A DNA stretch of 64,000 bases. It comes from Eledone cirrhosa (taxonomy: Eukaryota). The position numbers were made by a program, and so were the translations under genes. The stretch covers positions 31,930,001 through 31,994,000 of the forward strand of contig OZ024757.1 of NCBI GenBank assembly GCA_964016885.1. Reading direction: 5' to 3'. Below are positions 1 through 12,137 of the stretch, one piece after another. How positions within the stretch are numbered: position 1 is the first letter of the stretch; each line of letters opens with the position of its first letter. The notes under the pieces were generated by a model, which saw only the letters and a list, made by a program, of their open reading frames with translations, was not told the origin of the DNA and did not search any database.

Positions 1-604
1 AAAAATTACATTAGAAACATAAGTTTTTTTTACTTGCTCTCAGATTTTTCTTTGGCAATGCATCTATGTATATGGATGGTAAGAATCGATTTTATAACAA
101 CCTGTCTCTCAGATCTTCTTATACCATTGTGACTGTATAATCGTACAAATACACATAATTGTTTCTACTTTTGGCACAAGGCCAGCAATTATCCCAGTGC
201 ATTACTAGTACAATATTTTATCGACCCCCGTAAGGATGAAAGGCAAAGTTAACTTTGGCAGGATTTGAACTCAGATCAGAAAGGGGCGTAACTCTGTGCT
301 GCAAAGCATGTTGTCCGACACTGCTAAACCACCACCCGTACAAATACACATAATGTGGATACATCTGTCGAGACAATACCTAACCATTGAATTTATATAT
401 ATATATATATATACTCCCCAACCGTCGCTTCAATCTTTCTAATTCTTTCTTCTGATGAAGGACTAACGTCCGAAAGATTAAGACCCTCTTCCTGCTATTT
501 CAATATATTCCTTCCATATACTGTACCGATTGTGTTGTTATTTCTGTTTACCTTTTACATACATACATATATATATATGTATATATTGAATGTTTTTTAT
601 TATA

Positions 605-1141
605 TATCCAAAGAATCCCTCTGATGAAGGGATTTTCTTCCAATATTGGTTGTCGTATTTATTAGAATATCTTAATTCCTGAAACTGCAGTCAGTGAGAC
701 AATATGGGGGAAACACTCTAATATTAGTTTGTCTAGCTTGTATTCTCTCTAATGGATGTTTTGGAATTGGATAAATTACATTATAAATGCTTCTGTTTGA
801 ATTATGCTACTGCTTAACTGTTGAGTTGATAGACGGGTTAAAATGTGCGCTATTTCTAGCGTCACTATGATTCTGACGCATTGTCTTGATATTCACACAT
901 TCATTAATTAGTCGAATAACTCACAAGTTATTCAATGCACCATGCTGTTTGAAAACGACAAGGTCCATATATTATCTATTAAATGTTATTCTTGTATCCA
1001 AAGAATCCTTCTGATGAAGGAATTTCTTCCAATATTGGGATAATTAATATTGTTCATTAAATCCTGAAACTACAGGTGAAACACTCATATTGGTTTGTCT
1101 AGCTTCTATTCTCTGTAATGGATGTTCTGAAATTGGATAAA
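605..1141 (+). mobile_element. Penelope-like pLTR tandem: direct repeats at about 605-778 and 996-1141, each with a hammerhead core
   Basis: Repeated TATCCAAAGAATCC.TCTGATGAAGGGA..TTCTTCCAATATTGG...CCTGAAACT; the first copy has GAAAC-UGCA-GUC. Confidence 0.6.
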
Positions 1142-1447
1142 CTATGTTTATTATATGTATGTGTATATAGATGTGTGTGTGTATATATATATTTATATAT
1201 ATATATCATCATCATCATCATTTTACATCCGCTTTTCCCTACTTGCAAGGATGGGACGGGTCTTATTAAGCACAGACAGCATCTCCCTATTCGTGACGGT
1301 CCTTTGTCATCTCCTCTGTGAGCTTCAGTGATCTGAGGTCTGCTCTCACCACCTCCGCCCACGTTTTTCGTGGGCTTCCTCCTACTGGAATTTCTTGGCA
1401 CTTCTTTACCCAGCGGTATATACATATGTGTGTATATGTATATATAT

Positions 1448-1720
1448 ATGAGCAAGTGGCCTTTGAGAGGAAGAACTGGAGATCTATGTGTCATAATGGG
1501 ATCAGGAACTTTGAGTCCATTTGCAATCATAGGCTATAAGAAGCTAGAGGGAGGAGAAAAGCATTATCAAACATAGCAGCAACATTGACCAGTAAACCTC
1601 ACCCTTACATGATCTTGGCAGGTCTAAACTGCCATGCCCAACATAAACATCCAAACTGAAAAGAACTGAATAAGTTGTTCGGATCTTCATACCTCAAAAT
1701 CTATGGGAGAGTCCATCATG
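1448..1720 (+). mobile_element. Decayed RTE/BovB-like LINE 3' end
   Basis: EQVAFERKNWRSMCHNGIRNFE motif. Confidence 0.55.
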
Positions 1721-1843
1721 TGTAAGTGTATGTGTGCTATATATATATATATACACACAAAATCATAATTTTTACAGCCTTCTTTCCACACTGCTATGTA
1801 TAAAGTTGGGAGTAGAAATTGCTGAAACTTAATGCGCTTATAC

Positions 1844-1875
<32 letters not shown>

Positions 1876-2127
1876 CGGAAAGTGGTCGTGGAGGTGTCAC
1901 AACAAAAAAAGCACCCAGACCAAACTGTAAAGTGGACGTGTAGGTGCCATAGAAAAAAGCACCCAGCACTCACTGTAAATGAGATTGGTGTTAGGAAGGG
2001 CATCCAGCCGTAGAAATCAAGCCAAAATCAGTTCCTATATGAACAAGACAAGGTCACCCAACTTAATATTGCCCACAACAGGACAACTTGTCTAACCCAT
2101 GCTAGCGTGGAAGAATGGACGTAAAAA

Positions 2128-2185
<58 letters not shown>

Positions 2186-3649
2186 CTGGATTACCTTAAA
2201 CGATACCTTGTTATCCTATATATATATATATAACTGTCTCTACTTTAGGCACAAGGCCAGCAATTACCCAGTGCATTACTGGTACTTTATTTTATCGACC
2301 CCGTAAAGATGAAAGGCAAAGTCAACCTCGGCGGGATTTGAACTCAGATCGTAAAGGGACGTAACTATGCTGGAAAGCATGGCGTCCGACCCTCTACTGA
2401 TACTGCCAATCCAATAACCACACGCAAACATACAGCGATTTCTTGCGGAACCCTAGGGTCGCAGGGTCAACCATCACTATCATTTTTACATCCACTTATC
2501 CAGGCTTGCATAGCTTGGATGGGTCCTTCTCAGCACGGCATCTCTCCACTCATTGCTATCTTTTGTCTTCTCCTCTGAGTCTCAGCTCTCACAACCTCTG
2601 CCCAGGTCTTTCTCGGTCTACCTCTACCATGGCTTCTTTCCACTGGCATTTCCTAGCACTTCATCACCCAACCATCATTGTCCATATCAACACAGTCTTC
2701 TCTCTTGCACACCACCTTGGAGTCCTCTTAACCTTTTAGTATTTAAACCGGCCATATTCGGCCAGAATTCTTTCACATCTTTCTGTTTAACTCTTTAACC
2801 TTTACCTTACTCTATATTTACTAATGTATTTTTGTGGTAAAGTCTTTATCTTACATAATATCAAATCTACGAAATTTGATATTATTTATTTTGAGAACAA
2901 TATCTTAACGTCAGTATGAGTAGCCGGTTGGGGCCAGTTTGAACAGAAAGAGGTGACACAATTCTGGCTATGACTTGCTACTCATACTGATGTTAAGGTA
3001 TTGTTATCAAAATCTCAGATTTGATATTATGTGAGCTAAAGTGTTTACAGTGAAAATACAATAGTAAATGCTAAAAAGTTAAACCTAGCTTCTCCCTCAA
3101 ATTGTCCAAGCTCTGCTCTTCTCTCAGTTGAGAAATTCTAATCTAATCTCTCTAATCTGGCTGAGTTTACACTCTCAAATAAGAAAAACCAGGATCCCCT
3201 AGGAGCATTGGATTTGGTATACTTCATATTTGTTTTGATTGCTGAATTCAGTCAGGGATCGTTACTTCTCATGAAGGTCAATAGTTCTCTCCTAAGTCGA
3301 GCGGGAGTGCCTTTCCATTGTCAATTTGCATTGATCATCTGCAAAGCTGCATTGTTGTCAGAACCACTACACCAGTCTTTCGATGGGTGCAGCTGGAACT
3401 ACTGCCACTCATTGATTTGGCAGGATCACAACTCATTTCTACACCTAAGTAAACTGGAACAACGTGAAATAAAGTGTCTTGTACAAGGACACAACACATC
3501 ACCTGGTCCAAGAATCGAACTCACAACCTTTCGATTGCAAGCCCAATGCTCTAACCACTAAGCCATGTGCCTAGACATTCTGGTCTAGACTATAACAACC
3601 CTTCCAACTCAGGCCTGCATAATGATAACCAATATTATTTCTGATGAAA

Positions 3650-3951
3650 TAAGGATCAACAAATAAGGATCTCTATGGCAATATACCATCTATCAGCAGG
3701 TCAATACGTGGACAGAGACTCAGATTTGCTGGCCACTGTTGGCGCAGCAAGGAAGAAATAGCAGGTGATGTGTTGTTATGGAGTCCATCTCATGGAGCAA
3801 GAAACGCTGGTCGTCCCAAGAAGACATACGTCAAGCAACTTGAGGATGATACTGGATGCACTGCGGAAGAACTGGCAAACGCTATGAGAGACAGAGATGG
3901 ATGGAGGAAACGTGTCGTAGAAAGCCGAGCAAGCTCGACCTGATGATGATA
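3650..3951 (+). mobile_element. 5'-truncated RTE-clade LINE with 13-bp TSD
   Basis: Open frame ..QRLRFAGHCWRSKEEIAGDVLLWSPSHGARNAGRPKKTYVKQLEDDTG..AMRDRDGWRKRV..*, (TGA)n tail, TSD ATTTCTGATGAAA at 3637-3649 and 3952-3964. Confidence 0.88.
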
Positions 3952-5528
3952 ATTTCTGATGAAACTGCAGTCATTTGACATTTGTGAATAATATCAGGGT
4001 TTTTTTTAAAAAGAACACAAAATACATGAATAAAGCTTAAAATTTTAATTAATATGGATTAAAACTATCCATGTAGTTCTTATAATATGCACACACAAAC
4101 ACTTATAGATATATATGTGTGTATAGTTATATGAATATAAGTATATATATATATATATATATATGCATGTGTATACGTACATACATTTGTCAAGAATTTT
4201 ACATATATATAATATATATACATACACACACACATACAATATATATATCTATAAACACATGTATGTGCATTCTCACGCACACACATACATATATATAAAC
4301 ACACACACATATGTACCTGCACATACACATGCAAGCTATCATGGAAACTTACAAAAAGACAATTTTTTTTTTTTAAATAAAAAAAAAAAAAAACGTACAA
4401 AAAAAAAACCATTTCTTTTAAGACAAAAGAATGCAGAAGAGGGGGTGGGGTGTGAACATGAGAATTTGTAGTGGGAGGGAGGGGAGATGTAGGAGGAGAG
4501 GGGTGTATACAAGAGGACAAGTGTGAGGGAGCGGGGGTGGGGGTGTATACAGGAGATGTAGGTGGAGGGGGTGTATACAAGAGGACAAGTGTGAGGGGGT
4601 GGGAGAGGGTGGAGAGTATACAAGGGAGGGTGGAGGAGAATATACAAGGAAGGGGGAGAGAGGTAGGAGAGGGTGGTGTGTATACAGGTGAGGGTAGAGT
4701 GTATACAAGGGGTCAGGTAGCAGAGAAAGAGGTGTATAGGAGAGGGAGGAGTGTATAGGAGGGGTCGGGTAGGAAGGGGAGGGGATGGAGGGATTTAAAA
4801 GAGGAGAGGGTAAGATGTACACTGGTAGTAGTAGTAGTAGGAGGAAGGGAGGGTTAAACAATAAATAAAGGGGAAAAATATGAAGAATTCCAAGAATTGT
4901 CATCAAGGAATCTAATCAATGTCTATAGTGTTGTTGTTGTTGTTTTTTGACATTGTTGCTGTTGTTGTCATCAATGTTGATGTTGTTGCTAATGTTATTG
5001 CTGTTGTCATTGATGTTGTTGCTAATGTTATTGCTGTTGTCATTGATGTTGTTGTCAAAGAAAGCAAGTTTACAATTTTGATTTTCAAACTGATTATATA
5101 TATATACACACACATATATATATATACACACAACGAAGGAGGTGTGGTAAGGAACCAGATGGACCATAACGCACCAGAGTAGTACTCAATACTTAGGGTA
5201 GTAGAGTGGGTAATAGGAAAATGTTTGACCCCGGCGGCAGAGCTCAAGCCGTTTCCATGGCTATTTCTGGACTTGATTAGAATTTTTAGCGTGGTAAATA
5301 AAATCACGCTAAAAATTCTAATTTAGCCCAGAAATAGCCATGGAAACAGCTTGAGCTCTGCCGTCGGGGTCAAACATTTTCCTATATATATATATTTCAC
5401 CCTTAGTCTGTATCTCTATATGTATGTATGTAGTACTTGTGTGTGCATATGTATGTATGTATGTATGTACATGTGTGTGTATATGTATGTATGTTCATGT
5501 CAGAATGTGTGTGTGTGTGAGTGAGTGA

Positions 5529-5570
<42 letters not shown>

Positions 5571-6530
5571 AGTACCTTACTTACTGTGGTTACCTCCTAT
5601 TCAACCCGGAATAACATATATATATATATATATATATATTTATTTTACCCTTAGTTTGCATATGTATGTATGTACATGTGTATGTGTACAGGTGTTTGTG
5701 TGTATATATATATATATGTGTGTGTATGTGCCTCTGTCTGTGTGTTTGTTTGTTTGTTTACAGGAGGGACGAATGGGTTGCAGAGGGTCAAGAAACTGGG
5801 TAGGGGTAATATATGTGTGTATGAGGCTATGGGTGGGGTATATATATATATAAATATATATATATATTATTACTATTAATATATATATATATATATATAG
5901 GGGTGTGGAGGTTATAAAAGGGAGAAGGTAGGAGTTGGAGGAGGAGAAATTTAAGGAATATCAGTCCAGGTTGTGGATGTTCCCATTATTCACATCTCGC
6001 CCACCTCCTCTGCAGATCACTGGAGCAGCAGTGCGTGACAAATACAGGGTCTGACCCCCACCTCCACTCATCTGGGAACACATGGAAACACACAGGAAGA
6101 TCAGGTGTTGTGGCTGCTGTTGTTGTTGTTTAGTTACATGAATATATATATATATACATACACATATTTACATATATGTATAGTATAGTATATGTATATT
6201 ATATGATATATGTATGATATCATCACCATGATATAAATATATGACATATGATATCATCATCATCATCATTTAAATGGACGTTAAATGATGAAGATATACA
6301 TATGTACACTATATATTATACATGATATATATATATATATATAATATAATATATATATATTGCATTATATATGATATATACACAATATATATTGCATTAT
6401 ATATGATATATACACAATATATATATATTACATTATATATGATATATACACAATATATATATATATATTACATTATATATGATATATACACAATATATTT
6501 ATATATAAACACAATTTATATATATTACAT

Positions 6531-6563
<33 letters not shown>

Positions 6564-6631
6564 ATATATGGTATATATGTGTGTGTAAGAGCACACATCT
6601 CAGCCCAGTAGTACTCCATATATACTCTACG

Positions 6632-6688
6632 CTACCGTTTAGTGGCGTATTGTTCAATATAGCTTTGTACTTTACATTTGAAGGAGTC
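6632..6688 (-). CDS. UBE2F: UBE2F last coding exon ([18 protein letters not shown])
   Basis: Acceptor tttttctctatccacAG; resembles the UBE2F C-terminal helix (F..KV..YI..YA). Confidence 0.88.
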   Translation of the reverse strand, partial: DSFKCKVQSYIEQYATKR

Positions 6689-9005
6689 CTGTGGATAGAG
6701 AAAAATAAAGTCAGTGACAATACATTGATATATATATATATATATGAAGTGTTTCCGTAGGAACGGTAAAGGAAAAGAGAGTGCTCTATGTAGGCTACAG
6801 AGCTTTTTAGTTATGTAATAAACAACATAAGATAATTATTTCATTTACCAAAGGTTTCACGAAGACAGACAAGCCTGACACAGCCGCCTGACTTTGGTCG
6901 TCAGAAGGAAAATTAATCTCACATCCATTAAAATAAATTTTCATTCTGACGACTGAAGTCAGACGGCTGTGTCAGACTCGTCTGTCTTCGTGAAACCTTT
7001 GGTAAATGAAATAATTATCTTATGTTGTTTATTACATAACTATATATATATATATATATATATAGATATATAGTGAGAGAGAGAAGGGGTGGTAAATAAA
7101 CAGGAAAACAGATGAGCATGATATTTGTAACCCCCCCCCTACCCATTCTTAACAAACAATATTAATGAACATTTTGTTGTAGAGTGTCGGACACCATGCT
7201 TTGCGACATAGAATTGCATGCCTTCATGTTCTGAGTTAAAATCCTGCCCAGGTTAGCTTTGCCTTTCATCCTTACAGGGTCGATAAAATAAAGTACCAGT
7301 AATACACTGGTGTTTGATTTATTCGACTTTCCCCCTCCTCCAAAATTATTGGCCTTATGCTTAAATCAGAAACCATAATTAATAAAGCAACTTCCTCCTC
7401 ATCATCATCATCATCATTTTAACATCTGCTTCCCCTGCTAGCAAGAGTTGAACGGGTCTACATAGATTAAGTCAGTACTGAAGAGAGGCTACTGACTTCC
7501 CAGACAAGCCAGGGATCTGTCGTTTTGCTTATGTATGGTCTTATGTTCAACTGAGTGCACAGGGGAGGTTGTCATGTTTTTTACTAAACTGAGCGCCCTC
7601 ATAACTCTTTGTTTGGCAAGCTTCCTACAGCTGGAAGCCCTTCCTGTAACCAACCACTGTACAGCATGTACTGGGTGTGTTTATCATTAGATCCCCAATA
7701 CTAGGGAGGTTGTCATGTCAACTAAAGTGTCCTCCCAACTCTTTGTTCAGCTGGATGTCCTGCTTATCACCAACTACTTTGCCCTGAGCACTGGGTCTGT
7801 TTATCATGTAGGTCCCCCAACACTAGGCAGGTTGTCATGTCATTGACACAACTAAAGGGTCCTCCCATCCCTTTGTTTGGCAATCTTTCTACAACTGGAA
7901 GTCCTTCCTATCACCAACTACTTACAGCATGTATTGGGTGTGTTTATCATGTAGGTCCCCGACACTAGGGAGGTTGTCATGTCCTCAACACATACTTCCT
8001 GAACACATGACTCAGCTATCCCATTCCAGGATATTTGGAGGCACATGGCTCAGTGATTAGAGCATTGGCCTTGCAATCGAAAGGTTGTGAGTTCAATTCT
8101 CAGACCGGGTGATGTGTTGTTTCCTTGAACAAGACTCTTTATTTCACATAGCTCCAGTTTACTCAGCTGTAGAAATGAGATGATAGGGACTGGGGTCCAT
8201 ATCATTCCACTGCAAAGTGGTCGTGGAGGTGCCACGGCAAAAAAACACCCAGCACTCACTGTAAATGAGGTTGGTGTTAGGAAGGGCATCCAGCTGTAGA
8301 AATCAAGCCAGAATCAGTTCCCGTCCCACCCTTGCAAGCAGGGAAAAGCGGCCGTAAAATGATGATGATGATGATATATATATCGACCTGTTTGTATATA
8401 TCGATGTTGTTGCATTATTGTAGCAACATGCTTCTGGTCACCTTATTCTTGGTGTCACAATGCTCTGGCTAGAAATATATCAATTCCTCACTCATTTGAG
8501 TGTTTCATATTGCCTCCTATGATTAGATTGACATCTGCTATAGTGCAGCTACTCAATATATATATATATATATATATATATATCTAGGGAGTGTAACATG
8601 AAGTTACTGTAGGTTCACCCAGGTGAGCACTCCATGTTTCGATTCACATCTATAGCGAAGTGTAGAGCTAAACAGAGTGTAAATATAATAATACAAGAAC
8701 AATTTGTTAAGCCTTCATTACGTTTATTGATTAGCTCAAGGTTCGATCTGTATCGATTTTGCCCGACTCTGGAATCAAAAGCTCGTCGGACCTCTGCTGT
8801 TGTAATGACAGAATCATTATTATATATATATATAAGGGCGGTAGAGGGTCGGACGCCATGCTTTCCAGCATAGTTACGTCTCTTTACGGTCCGAGTTAAA
8901 ATTCCGCCGAGGTTAACTTTGCCTTTCATCCTTACGGGGTCGATAAAATAAAGTACCAGTAATGCACTGGATAATTGATGGCCTTGTGCCAAAAGTGGAA
9001 ACAAT

Positions 9006-9036
<31 letters not shown>

Positions 9037-10397
9037 TGATGATGATAGATGTGTATGTCGTCATCATCACCGTTTAACACCTATTTTAATTTCATTTATC
9101 TGTATGTTTGTTTTTTTAGGTTCAGAAATAGGGGTGATATTATACTCAAGTTGTATTTATTATACACAAAAAAGTATGTTACCTTGTCTCTGGCATAATT
9201 TTCTGCAGCTTCAACATTTAAAGGGTCATCAAAGTTTAAAAGATCCTGTAATAAATATATAAAATACAGCTTCAGTAATAATGAAACCAATCCCAGTTAC
9301 CATTTATCTCATTTATCACATGGTTGGCTGTGGGATAACTACAGGGGAGGAGTAATACTTTATTAGCAGACCTCCAATACTGAGGTGTATCTTGTACTCA
9401 AGTTACACACCTCCAATACTGAGGTATATCTTGTACTCAAGTTACACACCTCCAATATTAACAAAAGAGAGAGAGGATGGATTGATTAGTACGTACCGAA
9501 AATAAGGAATTTAGTCCCCAGATAACATCTTTCAGGCGTCTGGTAGGAGCCCAACCTGTGGAAGAGATGATAACTAAAGATAAACAAAGGAACATATCTT
9601 CTACATTGAAATGTCAAGATAACATCTGAAGTGGTGTGTGTGACAGTAAGGTTGTGTTTGGAATATTTTAAGTAAAAGAAATACATTCAAACACTGCAGA
9701 CACTCCATACATGTATGTATATCTGAATGTGTGTGTGTTTATATATATATATAAATCAGGATGGATTCAGTTTGGGACTGGTTAGATCATTACTCAACAG
9801 GGTACTCAATACTTGAGGTAGTAGAGTATGGTTATATTATAAAGAGTTAGGACCTGGTGGCTGAGCTCTTGCCATTTCAACAACTATTTCGGGACTCTGG
9901 AACTAGCTGTTGAAATGATGGCTGAGCTTTTGTTGTTGGGTCCCGACTCTCTGTAATATATATATATATATATGTTCCCATCCCTTTCTGTTTACCTTTA
10001 TCTGACCGGTAGTAGCACACTGTGAGCTTTAGCCACGTCACTCGAGGGCGACCGGCTAAGGTAGAGGGTGCAAGATAGCGGTCGCCCTCGGGTCCTCGAT
10101 TTTCAGCCCCATGGATTTTATCTATTACATTCACGTATTATATTTCGAATACCTGATGATATCACCGGATTCATACGGAACCCGGTCATTGAAATGATCA
10201 TAGTATAATAAACCTTTCAAGGATTTACACAAATCCAGCCTCCTGTCATTTCATTATAATATTTAACTCCGTAATAGCACCACCAACTACAAAAACAAAG
10301 ACGGTTGAACTGCTTTACGTTGAGTACTCTCTATATTATTACATTACGATTGACCATCAGGAATAGACCAGCTCTATACAGTGGCGAACCTCAAACC

Positions 10398-10438
<41 letters not shown>

Positions 10439-12104
10439 ATAGAAAGAGAGAGACTACTCACCCATCATATCATAAGAATTCTGTCGTAACAAGCTCAAAC
10501 ACACTTCCCCATCTTCATCGATGTTTGGGTGCCATATACGTGTTTCACAGCGCACTTTGGGTGGCTGCAAAACATAAAACACAATTATCAAGGACCATAT
10601 ATGAAACTAAACAAAGAAATATTGAGGTACGGTGGCTGTTAAGGAGAGGAGAGGAAACAGGTGTTTGTTAAATCAAATGTTCATAGTATCTTTACTAGTG
10701 GACACAATGTTGTTAAAATCTGCAGTATTATCTCTTCTAAAACAGGTTTGTTAAATCAAATGTTTATAGTATCTTTACTAGTGGACATATTGTTGTGAAA
10801 ATATGCAGTATTGAAGTAAAGACTAATGTTTAAGTCTTAGCATCCTGTAATGATTTAGTAGAAAATATCTAAAAGTAGTTTGTTAATTCAAATGTTATAG
10901 TATCTTTAATTGTGGACAGATTTAATCTCGGCAAGATTTGAACTCAAAGAACCAGAAGGAATACAGCAAAGCATTCTATCCAACACTGTAACAACTCTGT
11001 CAATTTACAGCCCATGTATATGTATTTACATGAAAGTGGTTGTGTAGGTGTCACGGCAAAAAGCATCCAGCCCACACTGTAAAGTGGTCATGTTGGTGTC
11101 ATGACAAAAAGCACCCAGTACTCACTGTAAATGAGGTTAGCATTAGGAAGGGCATCCAGAACCAGTTCTGTATGAGCAAGTCATGGTCACCTCACCTGAC
11201 CTATATCACAACAGGACAACTCGCCTAACTCATGCTAGCATGGAAAAATGGACGTTAAACAGTGATGATGATGATCATCATGATTTACTTACAACTATGT
11301 TGTATTCATCAGGAACTTCTATATGGAAATGGAAAGTGCCACCATGCCAGTAACCCTCATCAGGATGGATGGACAGATCAAACATATGGAGAACATTTGA
11401 ATCTTCAAATGTAATATTGCAAGTTTTCGGCAGGTTTTCTTCCATCTCCGGCACTTCTGTAATAAAGAATAAGTAGATACCAAGAATTATATATATATAA
11501 TAAACAGAAATAACAGAATTATATATATATATATATGAACAGAAATAACAGAATTATATATATAAACAGAAATAACAAAACAAATGACACAGTACATGGA
11601 AGAAATATGTTAGTTTAACGCTTGATATATATATATATATTTCATTTCATTTTACGTCCGCTTTTCCCTGCTTGCAAGGGTGGGAGAGGAACTGATTCTG
11701 GCTTGATTTCTACAGCTGGATGCCCTTCCTAACACCAACCTCATTTACAGTGAGTGCTGGGTGCTTTTATGCCGTGGCACCTCCACGTCCACTTTACAGT
11801 GGAATGATATGGACCCCAGTCCCTATCATCTCAGCTCCAGTTTACTCAGCTGTAGAAATATGTGAAATAAAGTGTCTTGCTCAAGGAAACAACACATTAC
11901 CCGGTCTGAGAATTGAACTCACAACCTTTCGATTGCAAGGCCAATGCTCTAACCACTAAGCCATGTGCCACCATATATATATATATTACTCTTTTACTCT
12001 TTTACCTGTTTCAGCCATCCGGCTGAGGCCATGCTGGGGCACCGCCCTTGTAAAAAAAATATGGAACGCTTCACGAATTTGCGTGTCATCCTTGCGCAGG
12101 GGCC

Positions 12105-12137
<33 letters not shown>

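Noticed and set aside
3637-3972. CTGATGA..GAAACTGCAGTC as an intact hammerhead
   Set aside because: The empty site reads CTGATGAAACTGCAGTC with no stem II; the duplication is the RTE TSD.
8040-8110. tRNA genes at SINE heads (also 23169, 39890, 60715)
   Set aside because: A/B boxes are present but there is no proper acceptor stem, and the sequence continues into the SINE body.
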